A stretch of 57,033 nt of DNA, the filler included, from Sphacelaria rigidula (Eukaryota): assembly GCA_964200075.2 (NCBI GenBank). It is 6 parts of 6 records of this genome, joined end to end, with 100 filler letters (N's around TTAATTAATTAA, not from the genome) between each part and the next. Parts side by side here need not be neighbours in the genome. Positions count along the whole stretch, not along the records: positions 9,524 to 18,946 come from CAXNAA020008538.1; positions 19,047 to 28,468 come from CAXNAA020008539.1; 4 more parts are not named here. One strand, 5' to 3'. The notes beneath the pieces were generated by a model, which saw nothing but the letters and a program-made list of their open reading frames with translations, was not told the DNA's origin and searched no databases. Each line of letters opens with the position of its first letter. The stretch's first letter is position 1. The translations under genes and the position numbers were made by a program. Positions 11,684 to 23,800 of this stretch are shown one piece after another.

Positions 11684-14600
11684 CTCCCGAATCAACGGCA
11701 ACGTGGAGCCATTGTGGTTCGGTCTGTGTTGGATTTTGGCGCCCATTTCACGAGTCTGCCGGTGCAGATGGTTGAGATGCTGGAGTGTCTTCTCCCGGGT
11801 GTGCCGCCGCGCATCCCATTTTCGCTCGGTGCGCGGCAGGCAGTCACCGCGTCGGGTCAACATGTTTCAGTTACGGAGCGTACTATTCCGTTGCAGCTAG
11901 CCTTCAAGACTGCTTGGGGGCTGGCGCCGTTGCCTCTGATCTCGTTTGCGATTATGCCAGGGTCGGATGGCGTTGTTCTTCTGGGGCTGCCGACGCTACA
12001 GGATCTAGGAGTCGACCCATATGAGCGGTTGAAGGACTCCATCAAGACGCGGATGTCTTCGCCTGGTCCGCACGTGGAGACACCCGCCTTTTTGGGCAGT
12101 CGTCGCGTGAGCTTGTCGGTGGATGCTTTTCAGGAGGCTGGGGGGCAGGTGACCGAGGAGCGCGGTGGAACGCTCAGTAGAGCGCGGCCCGGATATGTTC
12201 ATGGACCCGGCGGAAGAGGAGTCCGCTCGGAAGGTCGCGCTGGAGGAAAGCGTGACGGATGCTGTGGCAAATGGCCTCAGCGTCCCCAAAGCGGAACGCC
12301 TGCCCGGCATCTTGCATCGCCGCGTCAACGCGTTTCGTCGTACGCTGCGGGGTGATCCCCCTGCGCGCGTGGAGCCATTGCGGTTCAGGCTAAGTGGGAT
12401 TCTGGCGCCCACTGGACGGGTCATGTGAGTCTGTTGGTACAGATTGTAGAGATTTTGGAGCGTCTTCTCCGGGGTGTGCCGCTGCGCATCCCGTTTTCGC
12501 TCGGGGCGCGACAGGCCGTCACCGCGTCGAGTCAGCATGTTCAGTCAGCACGTTTACGTCACAGAGCGTGCTGTTCCCCTGCAACTGACTTTCAGAACGT
12601 CCTGGGGGCCGGCGCAGTTGCCTCTGATCTAGTTTGCGATCATGCCGGGGTCGGGTAGCGTTATTTTTCTGGAGCTGCCGATGCTTCAGGATATTGGAGT
12701 GAATACTCGGCTTTTGCAGTTGTGGGACTCCATTAAGGCGCGGATGTCTTCACCTGGTCCACGCTTGGAGACGCCCGCCGTTTTGGGCAGTCGTCGTGTG
12801 AGCTTGTCAGTGGATGCTTTTCAGGAGGTTGGAGGGCAGGTGACCGAAGAGCGGGATGCGGTGGTGGAACGCTCGGTAGAGCGCGGCCCGGAGATGATAA
12901 TGATTCCGGCGGAAGAGTAGTCCGCGCGGAAGGTCGCGCTGGAGGACAGCGTGACGGATGCTGGGGCGACAGGCCTCAGCGTCTCAAAAGCGAAGCGCCT
13001 GCGCGGCATATTGCATTGCCGCGTCAACGCGTTTCGTCGTGCGCTGCGGGGTGATCCCCCTGCGCGCGTGGAGCCCATGCGTGTTTAGCTAAAACCTGGG
13101 GCGTCCGCGGTGAAGACGAAGCCGCAGCGGTACGATCTAGTGATGTCGAGTTGGTTGGCGTTATGCATAGCGGGTCGTTCGGCGCTCGGGTGGGTGTTTT
13201 GGGATTTGCAGGCGGGGTCGTCCAGTTCAGTAAGGCGTTTTTGAAGAAGACTACATTATGGACGGAGGGCAGGCTGCAGGCGTGGGCGGCAGCGAAGAAT
13301 CTGGGGGCTCATGCCGTGGCGCTTCTCCAACCTCGTCCTGATTGTCAGGTGTCAAGGTTTCCAAATGCATTTGAGTGGCATTGGGGTAGTTTGGTCATGC
13401 AGGTGCCTACAGTTGAAATTCAAATGCCTGTGCGCGCTATGGCTGTGTATAGTCCGTGTGAAGCTGATGACTCGATATCGTCCAAATCTGTTGTCCGCCA
13501 AGCGCAACGAAAAGACCTTGGGGTCAAATATGCGGACGTGCAATCTTTCGAGTCGGACGTTTGCACTATTATCTTGGCCCATAAAGGTCTGTTTCGTGTG
13601 CATGTGCGTGGTCGAAACGTTTTGTGGATTCCGAGTTCTGACAAGCAGTTGCAGGTAGGTCTGATGATTTGCGCGCACATGCGCGACGCCGGGCATCGTG
13701 GTGTGGATGCGACGCTCGTGCGCTTGCACGCGTTGTGTGTCTGGCAGGGGATGGAAACTCATGTGCGCGAATTTTTCCGCCAGTGTCTTCTCTGTGCTGA
13801 CTCGAGGGCGGGCGATGTTGTTCCCCGTCCGCTCGGCGAGACGGTCCATGGGACCACGCCGAATGCAGTCGTTCATTTTGATCTCTTGTACGTGGGCAAG
13901 AGTTGCCCGCTAGCTTCCCAAGGTTTGTCGGAGGATTCTGGGTTTCGATACATTTAGGTAATCATGGATGATTTGAGCAATTTTGTGGCTCTGGAACCAG
14001 TAGCAGCGTGTACTGCCGAATCGACTGCTGCATCTTTTCTGAATTGGTGTAAAACGCTGGGGGTGCCGCGTGTGTGGGTGAGTGATACTGCCACGCATTT
14101 CAAGAATGCGATCTTGACCCGATTGCGAGAGGCTTTGCGCGTTGATAATCAGTTTGCGGTAGCGTATTCTCCGTGGTCGAACGGTACGTGCGAACGCATG
14201 GTCAAGGAAGTAGTTCGTGCTCTTCAATCTATTCTTCTCGAGCAGCGTAGAGCGGTTTCCGAGTGGATGGACGTGTTGCCGGCGGTACAATCGGCGCCAA
14301 ATACAGCGTATCGTCGTCGTTACGATAGTACACCGTACTACGTGATGTTTGGTCATGCCCCTCGGACGTCTTCCTCGGTGCTGGCATCTTCGTCGGCGGG
14401 GGAGTGGAAGTGTGATGTTTTGGACGATGTTCAAAATAAGAGTGCATTGCAAGGAGTCTTGGACTCGCAAGAACGTTTCCACGTTCAAGTGCAGGAACGT
14501 GTTGCCGCTGAACGTGCGCGTAGACGTGAGGGACCCTCGTCGGGGCTCGAATTGCCGAGTTTCGAGGTAGGCGACTATGTCTTGTATGCACGCGTGCGTC

Positions 14601-14990
14601 GTCCGGGTGTTGCGCCCAACTTGATGGCGACTTGGACTGGTCCATGGAGAGTGGTTGGTGGTCACCACCTGCACGTGTTTGGGATTCAGATCATTGTTTC
14701 GAGTCATGTTCAGACCGCCCATGTAGCTCGTTTGCGTTTTTATGTAGACTCGCAGCTTAATGTTACGGCTGACGTTAAGGACGTGTCCGAGCATGGTTTC
14801 AATCAGGGGCAATTTCAGATGGCTGGTATTGTCCGAGTAGCAGAAGCAGGTGATCGTTCGTTGATCGTGTTGGTCGACTGGGTTGGTTTCGAAGTTGAGG
14901 AGCATACGTGGGAGCCTCAAGGGTATTTTTGAGACCGCCCCGGAATTTCTTACGAAGGAGTTGCGTAAATTGTGCGTGACTGGTGCCACT
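11684..14990 (+). pseudogene. pol: pol remnant: duplicated aspartic protease, RT core missing, RNase H fragment, integrase, chromodomain
   Basis: LDFGAH and WDSGAH protease motifs; HMRDAGH...CLLC zinc finger; VHFD / WVSDTATHF / SNGTCERMV DDE core; WTGPW; LVDWVGFEVEEHTWEP chromodomain. Stops and frameshifts are present and no YxDD is seen. Confidence 0.9.
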
Positions 14991-15102
14991 GCTACTTGCA
15001 TTACGAGTGAGTTTGGTATTCAATTGTGACTTACTCATCGTTTTGGCGTCTTCTATGTCACAGCTTGTTGATCGATTTTCGTCCAACGCGCTTTGGGGGT
15101 GC

Positions 15103-15348
15103 TGTGATGAAAATACGCCGTTACGTTGAGTTGGTAGTGATGATATAGATAATGACTAGGGGCACGGAGATTCAGGAGGATTTTGGATAGTGACCGAGGA
15201 CACGGAGATGGCATCTGCAGCTCTAGAAAGCTGGTGCCCTGGAAGGGCACTCCTGAATAATGAGAATGTTGTCAAACCTGAGGCCAGTAGGACTGGGGAG
15301 TCCCTCAAAAGCAGTGATCCACCAGTGCTTCCACTGGCTGGCGTCACA
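15103..15348 (+). repeat. 3' LTR
   Basis: TGTGA...TCACA, preceded by TTTGGGGGTGC (PPT-like). Confidence 0.93.
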
Positions 15349-17249
15349 GACCTCGAGCAGGGTACTAGATGATCTGTGGTAATAGCAAGCTCGGTGATCT
15401 GGGCCGAGGAATCGCCAAAGCTGAGGCTCTTCGCGTGGCCGGATCTTTCCGTTGTTCTCTCGCCGGCCCGTCGCGTTTCTACTGGCGAGTGAACAGGTAT
15501 GTGCTTCCTGATTGAAAGGCACCAATGCTGGGTCAACAAGACAATGGACGTTTACCACAGAGAGGAAGCCCATCCATAATTGTTTGATGTCCATGGCAAT
15601 GTGTGTCATCGGTTGTCATTGGTGTCAGTTAGTAGTGGTGGGCATTGGAGTATGCACGACAAGGCGTCAACAGTACGCCATACGACACTGGTCGAACGGT
15701 GAGTGTCGGGAGCGAGAGGTTTTATTTCGTCGTCGAGATGTACAAAGTTAGCACATGTAGCACTGATAGCCGGTACACTGTCATTCTCGTTTTGAGTGGT
15801 GTGCAGGTGCTAGGTTTCCACTCAAGCGAACTGATTCGGCAATGATTGAATAGCACACTCCCAAGAGGGGCCAGTAAGCTGAGGTAGTCCATCACGTTTG
15901 ATTTCCTACACAGCCCAGATTTTTGTCCGGGGAATCCTAACGGTCGGCATCATGTGCTTGGGTATTTGTCACATGGATGGTCAGTATCACATGTCTGGCT
16001 GGAGTATAGTAGCGAAGTCACCGCTCCAGGTGGTGGTCTCATAGCAACACATCGTTTGATCTACACACGGAGCATGTTTGAAAAAACACGCGATATAGAC
16101 CCGAAAAACGCTTTTGTACGTATTCCTAGTGCCGACCGTTCAAGTGGAATCAGCCGCAAAAAGCATAATAAACAAAGATGAACGCAAGGGACAGCACGCC
16201 CACGGTTCGTCCAAATATTGAAATAGGGTCTTGGCTCAAAATAGTGCCAGGAATCAACATGCAGGGTACACGTATGCAGGACAGTATTTACTCTATAATA
16301 TAACGAGACATATACAATTTTGAGGGTTACATGGGCACCGCCCCCCACTACACGTACTACACACACAGACGGGTTGGTCATCGTCACCTCACACCCGCAT
16401 TCGACGACCTCACCGTCTAGATGCTCCCTCCCTTCCAGCCTGAACAAATCCCCAGATCTCTAGTCCAAGCCCGAGTTCTACACCACCCCACTTCTACATG
16501 TTCCACCCATTCGACTTCACGTCTTCTTGTACGGTATATATATGTATATATCCGGTTGTCAAATATCCCGTAGCCGCCGGTCAACCATTCACGCCCCTGC
16601 GAGCCAGAAATAGTCGGATCTGGCGAACTTTTTCTACACCTAGCAGCGACAACCGTACCTGTTCGACCGAAACCACATCAGTCGACACGTCCATCCCCTT
16701 CATATTCAAGTTCCTTTCATCTCTGCACACATGCCAGGCCTATCAATGTATACCTATCCAGTTGATACCAACCACGGCTAGTGTTTGTGTTGGTCAAGTG
16801 TATTCCGGTGCTCGTGCGCAGCAATATCCGGCATTTTCAGCTATAGTAAGCTGAAGACCATGCATAACTGAGCAAACATCCGCCCGCATCAATTCGTCTC
16901 CACGCACCACGCAAGGGAGCAGACAAGTACCCCTCTTTCGGTTCACGGGTTACTATCGCAAACACGGCTTTTGCCGAAAGAAATGATCGACCGCATACAT
17001 CGCCATCCATGCTACCATGTCGCGGCCATGAGTACAATGCTGTCAACAGCAACAAGAAAATGTCAATCACACGGGCAATCACGCAACATTATTTTTTCCA
17101 CTTGTACACCAGCACGTGCAACGCATAGCCCACAATCCGACTACCCGTCGTGCGGCCACGGAAAGCATGTCACAGACACTCAATCGGGTCGGGACGCCAC
17201 GCTGCCACTCAAACACCGTAGCTCCGCGTTATCTACGAAACGTATTCGG

Positions 17250-17254
<5 letters not shown>

Positions 17255-17282
<28 letters not shown>
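17255..17282. repeat. (TA)n microsatellite
   Basis: Read directly from the sequence. Confidence 0.9.
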
Positions 17283-17525
17283 CGCGCCACCGTTGTTGTC
17301 ACTTTGTCTGGTGTGTTGCTCAGCTCTTGTTGTGCTATCGATCCCGCGAGGATGGTGATGCCTTCCTGTGATTTCGCAAGAGAAGTCAGCAGCCATCATG
17401 TATTGCGTGGGAGATAAACATGTCGCAAACAGGGTGATCCGGGAAGATGGAGGGATGGTGTGGTAAACGAGGAGGCCCAGGAAAAGCGGAGCTGAAGACG
17501 ATGACATCGAACGACGTCGACAAGC

Positions 17526-17781
17526 GAGCAATGCTACGGTAGGGGTGCACTTTTTGCGCGAAATCTTGTCTGGTTCAGGGGCCCCTGACGAGTCTACATG
17601 CACAAGAATATGTGTCAGGGTATCCCCGTTTGCAAATGAATTCGAGATGTCTCTAGCACAATGAAATGGCGATTCTGGCGCACTCTGACATATTTCATAA
17701 GTCGTGTTTTGGATGAGATGGAGAGCTATCAACAATTCTAATCTCAGAAAATATTTGTGCCCCCCTACCGCAGCATCCCTG
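17526..17781. mobile_element. ~256-bp MITE, Sola2-like termini
   Basis: TIRs GAGCAATGCTACGGTAGGGG / CCCCTACCGCAGCATCCCTG; flanks AAGC/AAGT (4-bp TSD with one mismatch). Confidence 0.7.
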
Positions 17782-17901
17782 AAGTTTGGCATTTCATACT
17801 TTGGCAACGCCAAGAGGGCTCGTCACGTATAGTAAACTATTATCGACTCTGTTTTTTCGGGGATCTCGAAATCATTCGGACTTTCTGAACTCTGCGTTCA
17901 G

Positions 17902-18109
17902 GCTTCTCCAAAAGCGAAGCGGCTTGGCTTTCTGTGCGAAGCTTCACTTTTGGACAAGTGCGACAAATACAAAAATTTGGACTACGACACAGCACTTCAG
18001 AGAGCTGCCCTGGGTGTACGCCGTGACGCTCGCAAGCATTCGAGAGTCATGAAGTACCTTGCCAGTCCCGAAACGTTCGGAGATATAACAGAAAACACTG
18101 TCGATATTT
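17902..18109 (+). CDS. Orphan internal exon, unknown protein
   Basis: gcgttcag| acceptor and |gtgagt donor; open frame ASPKAKRLGFLCEASLLDKCDKYKNLDYDTALQRAALGVRRDARKH... Confidence 0.45.
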
Positions 18110-18600
18110 GTGAGTTGTGGAAAACGTTTTTTTTTCATTTCAGAGTGAAAATGTCAGGAGCAGAGTGCAGAATAATAAAAAACAACTCATCGAAAAGAAG
18201 TCAAGGGAATACCACATTTGACGGAGGGGGAAATAAGTTTTCGTTACACTCTGATCCTGACACGTTTGCACTCTGAAATGAATGGATTTCTGAAACTCTC
18301 TATTGACGGGGCTTACTTTGTAAATTGCTACCCTGGACCATGCGTACCAATACACAAATCGTGCGCGGTGCGACGAAGCGACACGTTGAAGTACAAATGA
18401 CGTCGTGTTGGGCCCCCGCCCTTCGCTTCGAAAGTGGCGGGTACATCTTGCTGCGGCAAGCGCGCAAGCAGAACCCCTCCGCTGCTGTACACCACTGTAC
18501 ACCACTGTACCCCGCCGTTTGCACATAAGAAATCGATCGATATATCATCGAACGCTTCCACAACTAGCCAAATGGCTTGCATCAACTTCGATCGCTGTTG

Positions 18601-18857
18601 GGGTCATGCTACGATAGGGTGGGGGGTATTTTGGGCCACTTCTTACGCGAAATTCCACTTCAAATCTCCGTTGAAGGCAACAACGGTTATTCAAGCGCGC
18701 TTGTTACCGATATATAATAACATTCATCGATACCGATTGACCCCGTTTATACCTAAATACAAGCGCACCGCGAGTGTGTCAGGTCGTCTGACACACCTGT
18801 GAGTCCCTTTTTCGTTGAAGCAAATACCTTCCCCCCCTCCCTATTGTAGCATCACTC
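18601..18857. mobile_element. ~257-bp MITE, Sola2-like termini, related TIR but apparently different interior
   Basis: GGGTCATGCTACGATAGGG ... CCCTATTGTAGCATCACTC, with a perfect 4-bp TSD GTTG. Confidence 0.75.
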
Positions 18858-18946
18858 GTTGATGGAACTTCAAGCGCGTATAACAGTGTTTTCGTGAGAT
18901 TGAGAGTAGATGATACGATTGAGAGTGGCTTTGATCATTCGCTTTA

Positions 18947-19046
18947 NNNNNNNNNNNNNNNNNNNNNNNNNNNNNNNNNNNNNNNNNNNNTTAATTAATT
19001 AANNNNNNNNNNNNNNNNNNNNNNNNNNNNNNNNNNNNNNNNNNNN
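18947..19046. other. Artificial 100-nt linker
   Basis: N44-TTAATTAATTAA-N44. Confidence 0.99.
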
Positions 19047-19574
19047 GCGCAAAAGTTGCGTGGACACCCCTTGGACCAGCAATCAACTTTTTTCTCCCTT
19101 TTGGGCAATCAGGCTGAAGAAATCGTGAATTCGGTGATTTTGAGTCGTGATGATTTGTCCTTACCGTGCAACTTTGCATTTACCGTATGCGTGTGCAGGT
19201 CCCGTGTACTTTTACAGTTTTTCGTCGGTGTGAGTAAAAGTGGCACGTTCGATCCTTCTGGTTCCCAGCACCCGTTTAGCAGGCTTGGGCCACCACCCTA
19301 CCCTTGCCTCGCAACCCAGTGTCCACGACATGCTCCAAGATAAACGAAAGGGTACTTTCAAAGTGGGCTACTGATATACCACCAATTCCGCCGGTTGCTC
19401 CTTGCCATGATTGCTGCACTCCCCTTAGGGTGCAATTATCACCCGTGCACACCATCTCTCTTGTGCGTGCTCCTGGTAGTCCTGTGCTGGCACGATGTGA
19501 TGATATTCCGACGTTGTGCCCAGAAGTTTGATTGGACTACGCGATCTAACGAGACATACTTGGCATGATTACAG

Positions 19575-19790
19575 GTAAAGGACACCCCGTCTCGGTTTCC
19601 AGTATCCGAGAAGGAGATCGATGGCGGCAAATATCGAAGGGTCGTTCCTGTACATGACCAGACGAGAAGAACTCTCATGAAGGCTGGCGAAGACAGCCAC
19701 GCCAGGAGAGCCGAGGCAATACAGGCCAAGAAAAAAGAACGAGAAGACGGGGGGAGCTCTGGATCTTCCACAAACGTTTTTAAGTGGTGA
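19575..19790 (+). CDS. Putative terminal exon of an unknown gene convergent with POP4
   Basis: attacag| then 71 open codons (VKDTPSRFPVSEKEIDGGKYRRVVPVHDQTRRTLMKAGEDSHARRAEAIQAKKKERED...VFKW) ending in TGA. Confidence 0.5.
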   Translation, partial: VKDTPSRFPVSEKEIDGGKYRRVVPVHDQTRRTLMKAGEDSHARRAEAIQAKKKEREDGGSSGSSTNVFKW

Positions 19791-20436
19791 TGATTGTGAA
19801 ATGTTTTCTGTTGTGCTGGGATCAGGTTCTGATTTCACAACACTTGCCGGAAGTTTTCACGGGGGTCACCACTATTGTTGTTTGCGGATTAGGTACCAAA
19901 ACCCAGTACAAAAGATTGTTAGGTTGTGCGTAGTGTCGTGTTTATTTTGCTCTTTCTGCAGGTTTTAGGTTCCAGAATCACATGCAAAAGTCGTCAGGTT
20001 TTCAAAGTGATGTCGAAGTCGTGTACAGTAGTTCATATGTTCGGGGGCTTGGCAGCGCCTGAACAGCGACAGAAGCTATGTGTGGTACATGTAGTTGGGC
20101 ATAGGGCGATGAGCACGGCAGTGTTGACAACGAATCAGAGAGGGTTTCGTACAGCGAAGAGTGGTGTAGTACCGCACGATACGAAACGCAGAATTGGTGT
20201 GCACTTCTCCAGCCTATCGCCTCCATAGCGTGTTTGTACATGAAACATGAAGTGTGAGGTATTGTATAGAGAATTTCGCCATGTGTTTGACCTGGCTGAC
20301 GAGGAGAGGCGTTGTTGTTGTGCCCGTCATACGTCGGTTGGTGGTAGGTCGTGATATCCATTACTTCCGTGGTCTTTGGCTCCTCTCACTTTTTCATGCG
20401 GGGTAAAACTGCAGGCCTTGCAGCTTCCATACGCAG

Positions 20437-20560
20437 GGGCGAAATGCCAAGAAAAATATCGTATGCTTCGAGTGCGGTGAACCTGGACACATCAAGTTGC
20501 GATGTCCGGAGCGTGTGTGCCACATGAGTGTGGGGGAAAGGTAATGGGCCTGAGCTGTAG
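20437..20560 (+). pseudogene. Isolated retroelement gag zinc-knuckle remnant
   Basis: CFECGEPGHIKLRC at 20464-20505, followed by a frameshifted second knuckle (CH..CGGKG). Confidence 0.6.
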
Positions 20561-20820
20561 AACAACGACAGCACCACCGAGTGACTGTTCTGACCGCTAA
20601 CATTTTTAGTTTAGTTGCCTGCGCGGTACAGTGTCCCGCTACCCTCTTGTATGTGTTGGTACATGTAGCAGTTGCCGGTTTCGCCATTTGTTGACCTTAC
20701 CGAGATAACTGATGCATAGGTCGTCTCTACTTCCTACTACCCAGGATTTGGTCCTCAGACAACCCAATGGACGCGTGAAATGAGGCCCACTGATGGGGTT
20801 CGTGACGGCAGATCACGACC

Positions 20821-23800
20821 CTACAACGCTGAAGTTTGCAGACGAATGGTGTCCTCGCTGTTCCGTGGCAACACATTGTTTTGCCCGCCCCGTCTCCCTT
20901 CAAATGCGGCTCCGCTGAGAGTGATCACGCGCCCGCCAACAGCTAGACTAAAAGCGCAACCTCGTTTCGGAACTGTTTTGGCTTTTCCCTTGGGCGGTAC
21001 GATCTGCGCAACAAGCATGAACGAAAACCCAGCAATGGGATGAAGAGGGTACACACAGCACCATGCGTTCAGGAAATTACGACAGTCATTGGTCGGCTTT
21101 CCAACGGCTCAACTTCGCTCACTGCAGCACAGTCTAAGGTGAATGTCTCCAGTCGTTTCGTCCTCCGGCAGAGCAGCTGCTCAGGACTCCTACGGGCGAA
21201 CGTGGCTCAGCAAATAACTACCCCCCCCCCTCCCTCCCCTTTATGTTTCCGCCGGCTGCAGCCACTCAGGACTCTGGATAACTCCTGGAACTATGGGTCA
21301 GGCTTGTCGCCGCGTCTGCTGCCGAGATGGACGATGGCTTTCTCGGACCACTCCCTCACAATGAAACAATCCAGTTTGTGTCGCCCACTTGACCGCTCAA
21401 CTCCGCCGAAGCTGCATGCGATTCACGGCAGGTTCAATGAATACACTCGTCACCTTCGCGGTCTAACTATTTTTGGGTCCGCAATCGAGAACATAGTTTC
21501 GTATATACTGTACTGTAGTGCATAAATCCAAGGCGAAGACACACAATCTAAGGCTGCATACAAGAAATCTCAGGACGCAGTCTGTCACCCAATCAAGTAG
21601 GTGTACATATACCAACTGCTCCGTGTCGTCAGTCCCCACCTGAGGAAGGCGAGTGTAACACAATACCCTCTAACCTGAAAAGTGTTGGCTGTTTCCCTCA
21701 ATAGTATTCCAGTGATGCCCACCATGGATGATGCAGATGCCCTCGACACGTTCAAGTAGGCCCCCTACCAACATGTGTGGCATGGGAGGGGGAGGGAGAG
21801 GTGGCGACAACCATGAGCCAAGAAATGTACTGCCTCAACGAAACAGGACGAGGAATATTCTGAGATTCGTTCGACTTCGTGAGACTGAGGTCAACAGGGA
21901 GCGAATCATATGGGCGTGAAATGCGTGACATGTTCCAGTCCGAGGGCTGGTCAGCTGATTGGTGCGATATTCGACAGGACAAGAAATAAATCGCGTTATC
22001 TTTGGCCGGCTGTTACACTACTTCGATGTATTGCGTCACTCGGCTTCACATCGCAGAATACCCCGACGCGAAATATTTGCCGCAGAAGCTTCTATTTACA
22101 AGCTCGGCAGCGAAGGTGGACATTTTGAACAGGGAGAGGGTAAGGTATACAGTATTGGGAAGTGCAAGTCCATTTCACGATAACTCCGTCAACATCACAG
22201 TGCTAGTTTTTTTTTTTTAACTCGGGCAGCGCTTCGTACCACCTGACAATACCGTAGCACCCGCGAAACGACTCTGTGAGTCACAGGATAGAACATCTGA
22301 CTGACAACCAGCAATATCCATGAGCACAATCGGATCACATATTCGATGGATAGAAAACTGTTGTCTTCCGCTACTATACCCCCAAAAACTCTATGGAGAT
22401 GAGTAGGAGAGGGAGTGAGAGGGTGAGGAAGAAGGTTGATGAAGCGAACTCATTCCGCCTCAAGCCCAGACTATGAGCACAAAAGTCACTAAAAACAGAC
22501 GCTGTCGCCAATTTATTTGGTTTCCCATAGCTTCTCCCCACTACTGCACCATCTCTCAAAATCATAGTATATATCCTTTATGACATCTGTACCATATCTA
22601 CTGAGGCACGTATCCGTATTCTACATTTGGAAACAATTAAACCTCTGTGATGGATACTGGATTGTGCATCCTTGATTGCCGACTTCATGTGACAAAAAGG
22701 AACACACATCCGTACCTGCAGATCGGCCGTAAGGATCCTTTGTTCCAAGGCCTTGGCATTCTTGGCACTAGATGCCAATCGGGATGCATACGCCTTCCAC
22801 AAGTCGTGTACCCCAACAAGCTCACGGAATGAGGGTATTCCCCCGTTGGTCGCACTCAATCTTCCCAACCCCTGATGAAACACGCGGGCATTGCAGACAG
22901 GTCGACCGATCGATGGAAGAGGAGGTGGGCTAAGAACGAAGGGACAGACTGAAACGGACGCTGCGGCTACAGTCTTCATACACTCACTATTGAGAAAAAA
23001 TGTATCGGTCACTCTTGACAGTGTGTTCATGCTGTTAAAGTAACTTGGTTATTGGTGTTCGGTACTCCTATACCATTTGATTTTTGCAACATTATAAGCC
23101 TCTCAAGAACCACTGTTCATTTTACAAAAAAGTAAAGAGGAAATGATTTGATGCAATCCTCTAACCAGCCGATCATCGAAATTGAGGATGGACCTTCCCA
23201 TTGCGGAGGAGAACCCGGAGGATTGAAATCTTTGTATCCACACCAAATCTAAGAAATATGGTTCCATTCCTTCGCCAACTGGTAGCTATTGATACCTGCT
23301 ACATGTCATACAAATTTGGATTTCGATAACCGAATGTCGGGATCCTAGGTGAAACAGCAATTTCGGGGAATTTCGACGATCCGATCGAATCACCTAAATT
23401 CCCGAAAATTGTTTCTCCATTTAGGACCCCAAGATTCTGTTGTCGACATTTAAATTTGTAGGGCGTGTAGCAGTTGTCGATAGCTACCAGTAGGTGAAGG
23501 AATGGAAACATATTTCGAAGATTTGGTGTGGATACGAAGATTTCAATCCTCCGGGTCCTCCTCCGCAATGAAAAGCTTCATCCTCAATTTCGATGATCAG
23601 TTGTTTCTACACATATTTCAAATATCTTCTCGCACTAGCCTGATCATGACTTCAATGGCAAACCCTCTTCGCGATTTGAACCCTGGGCAATTTCACTGCT
23701 TTTGTACCTACCCCCTAGCCTGTCAACGGGTGCGATAAAACAATCTGGAGGACAAATAGACAGATGGTGCTATGTCCCCACAGGAGCCTACATGTTCTTG

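Larger units (their letters stand above)
10205..15348 (+). mobile_element. Ty3/Gypsy LTR retrotransposon with a chromodomain integrase, defective
   Basis: Two TG...CA LTRs, 4-bp TSD GATC/GACC (one mismatch), G-rich tract before the 3' LTR, and gag-PR-(RT deleted)-RNase H remnant-integrase order. Confidence 0.95.

Noticed and set aside
10856..15001. Long minus-strand ORFs (249 aa and 363 aa) inside the Gypsy element
   Set aside because: Antisense shadows of GC-rich gag and integrase coding sequence.
17902..19790. Joining the two orphan + strand exons into one gene
   Set aside because: They are separated by an artificial linker and their phases (1 versus 0) do not match.
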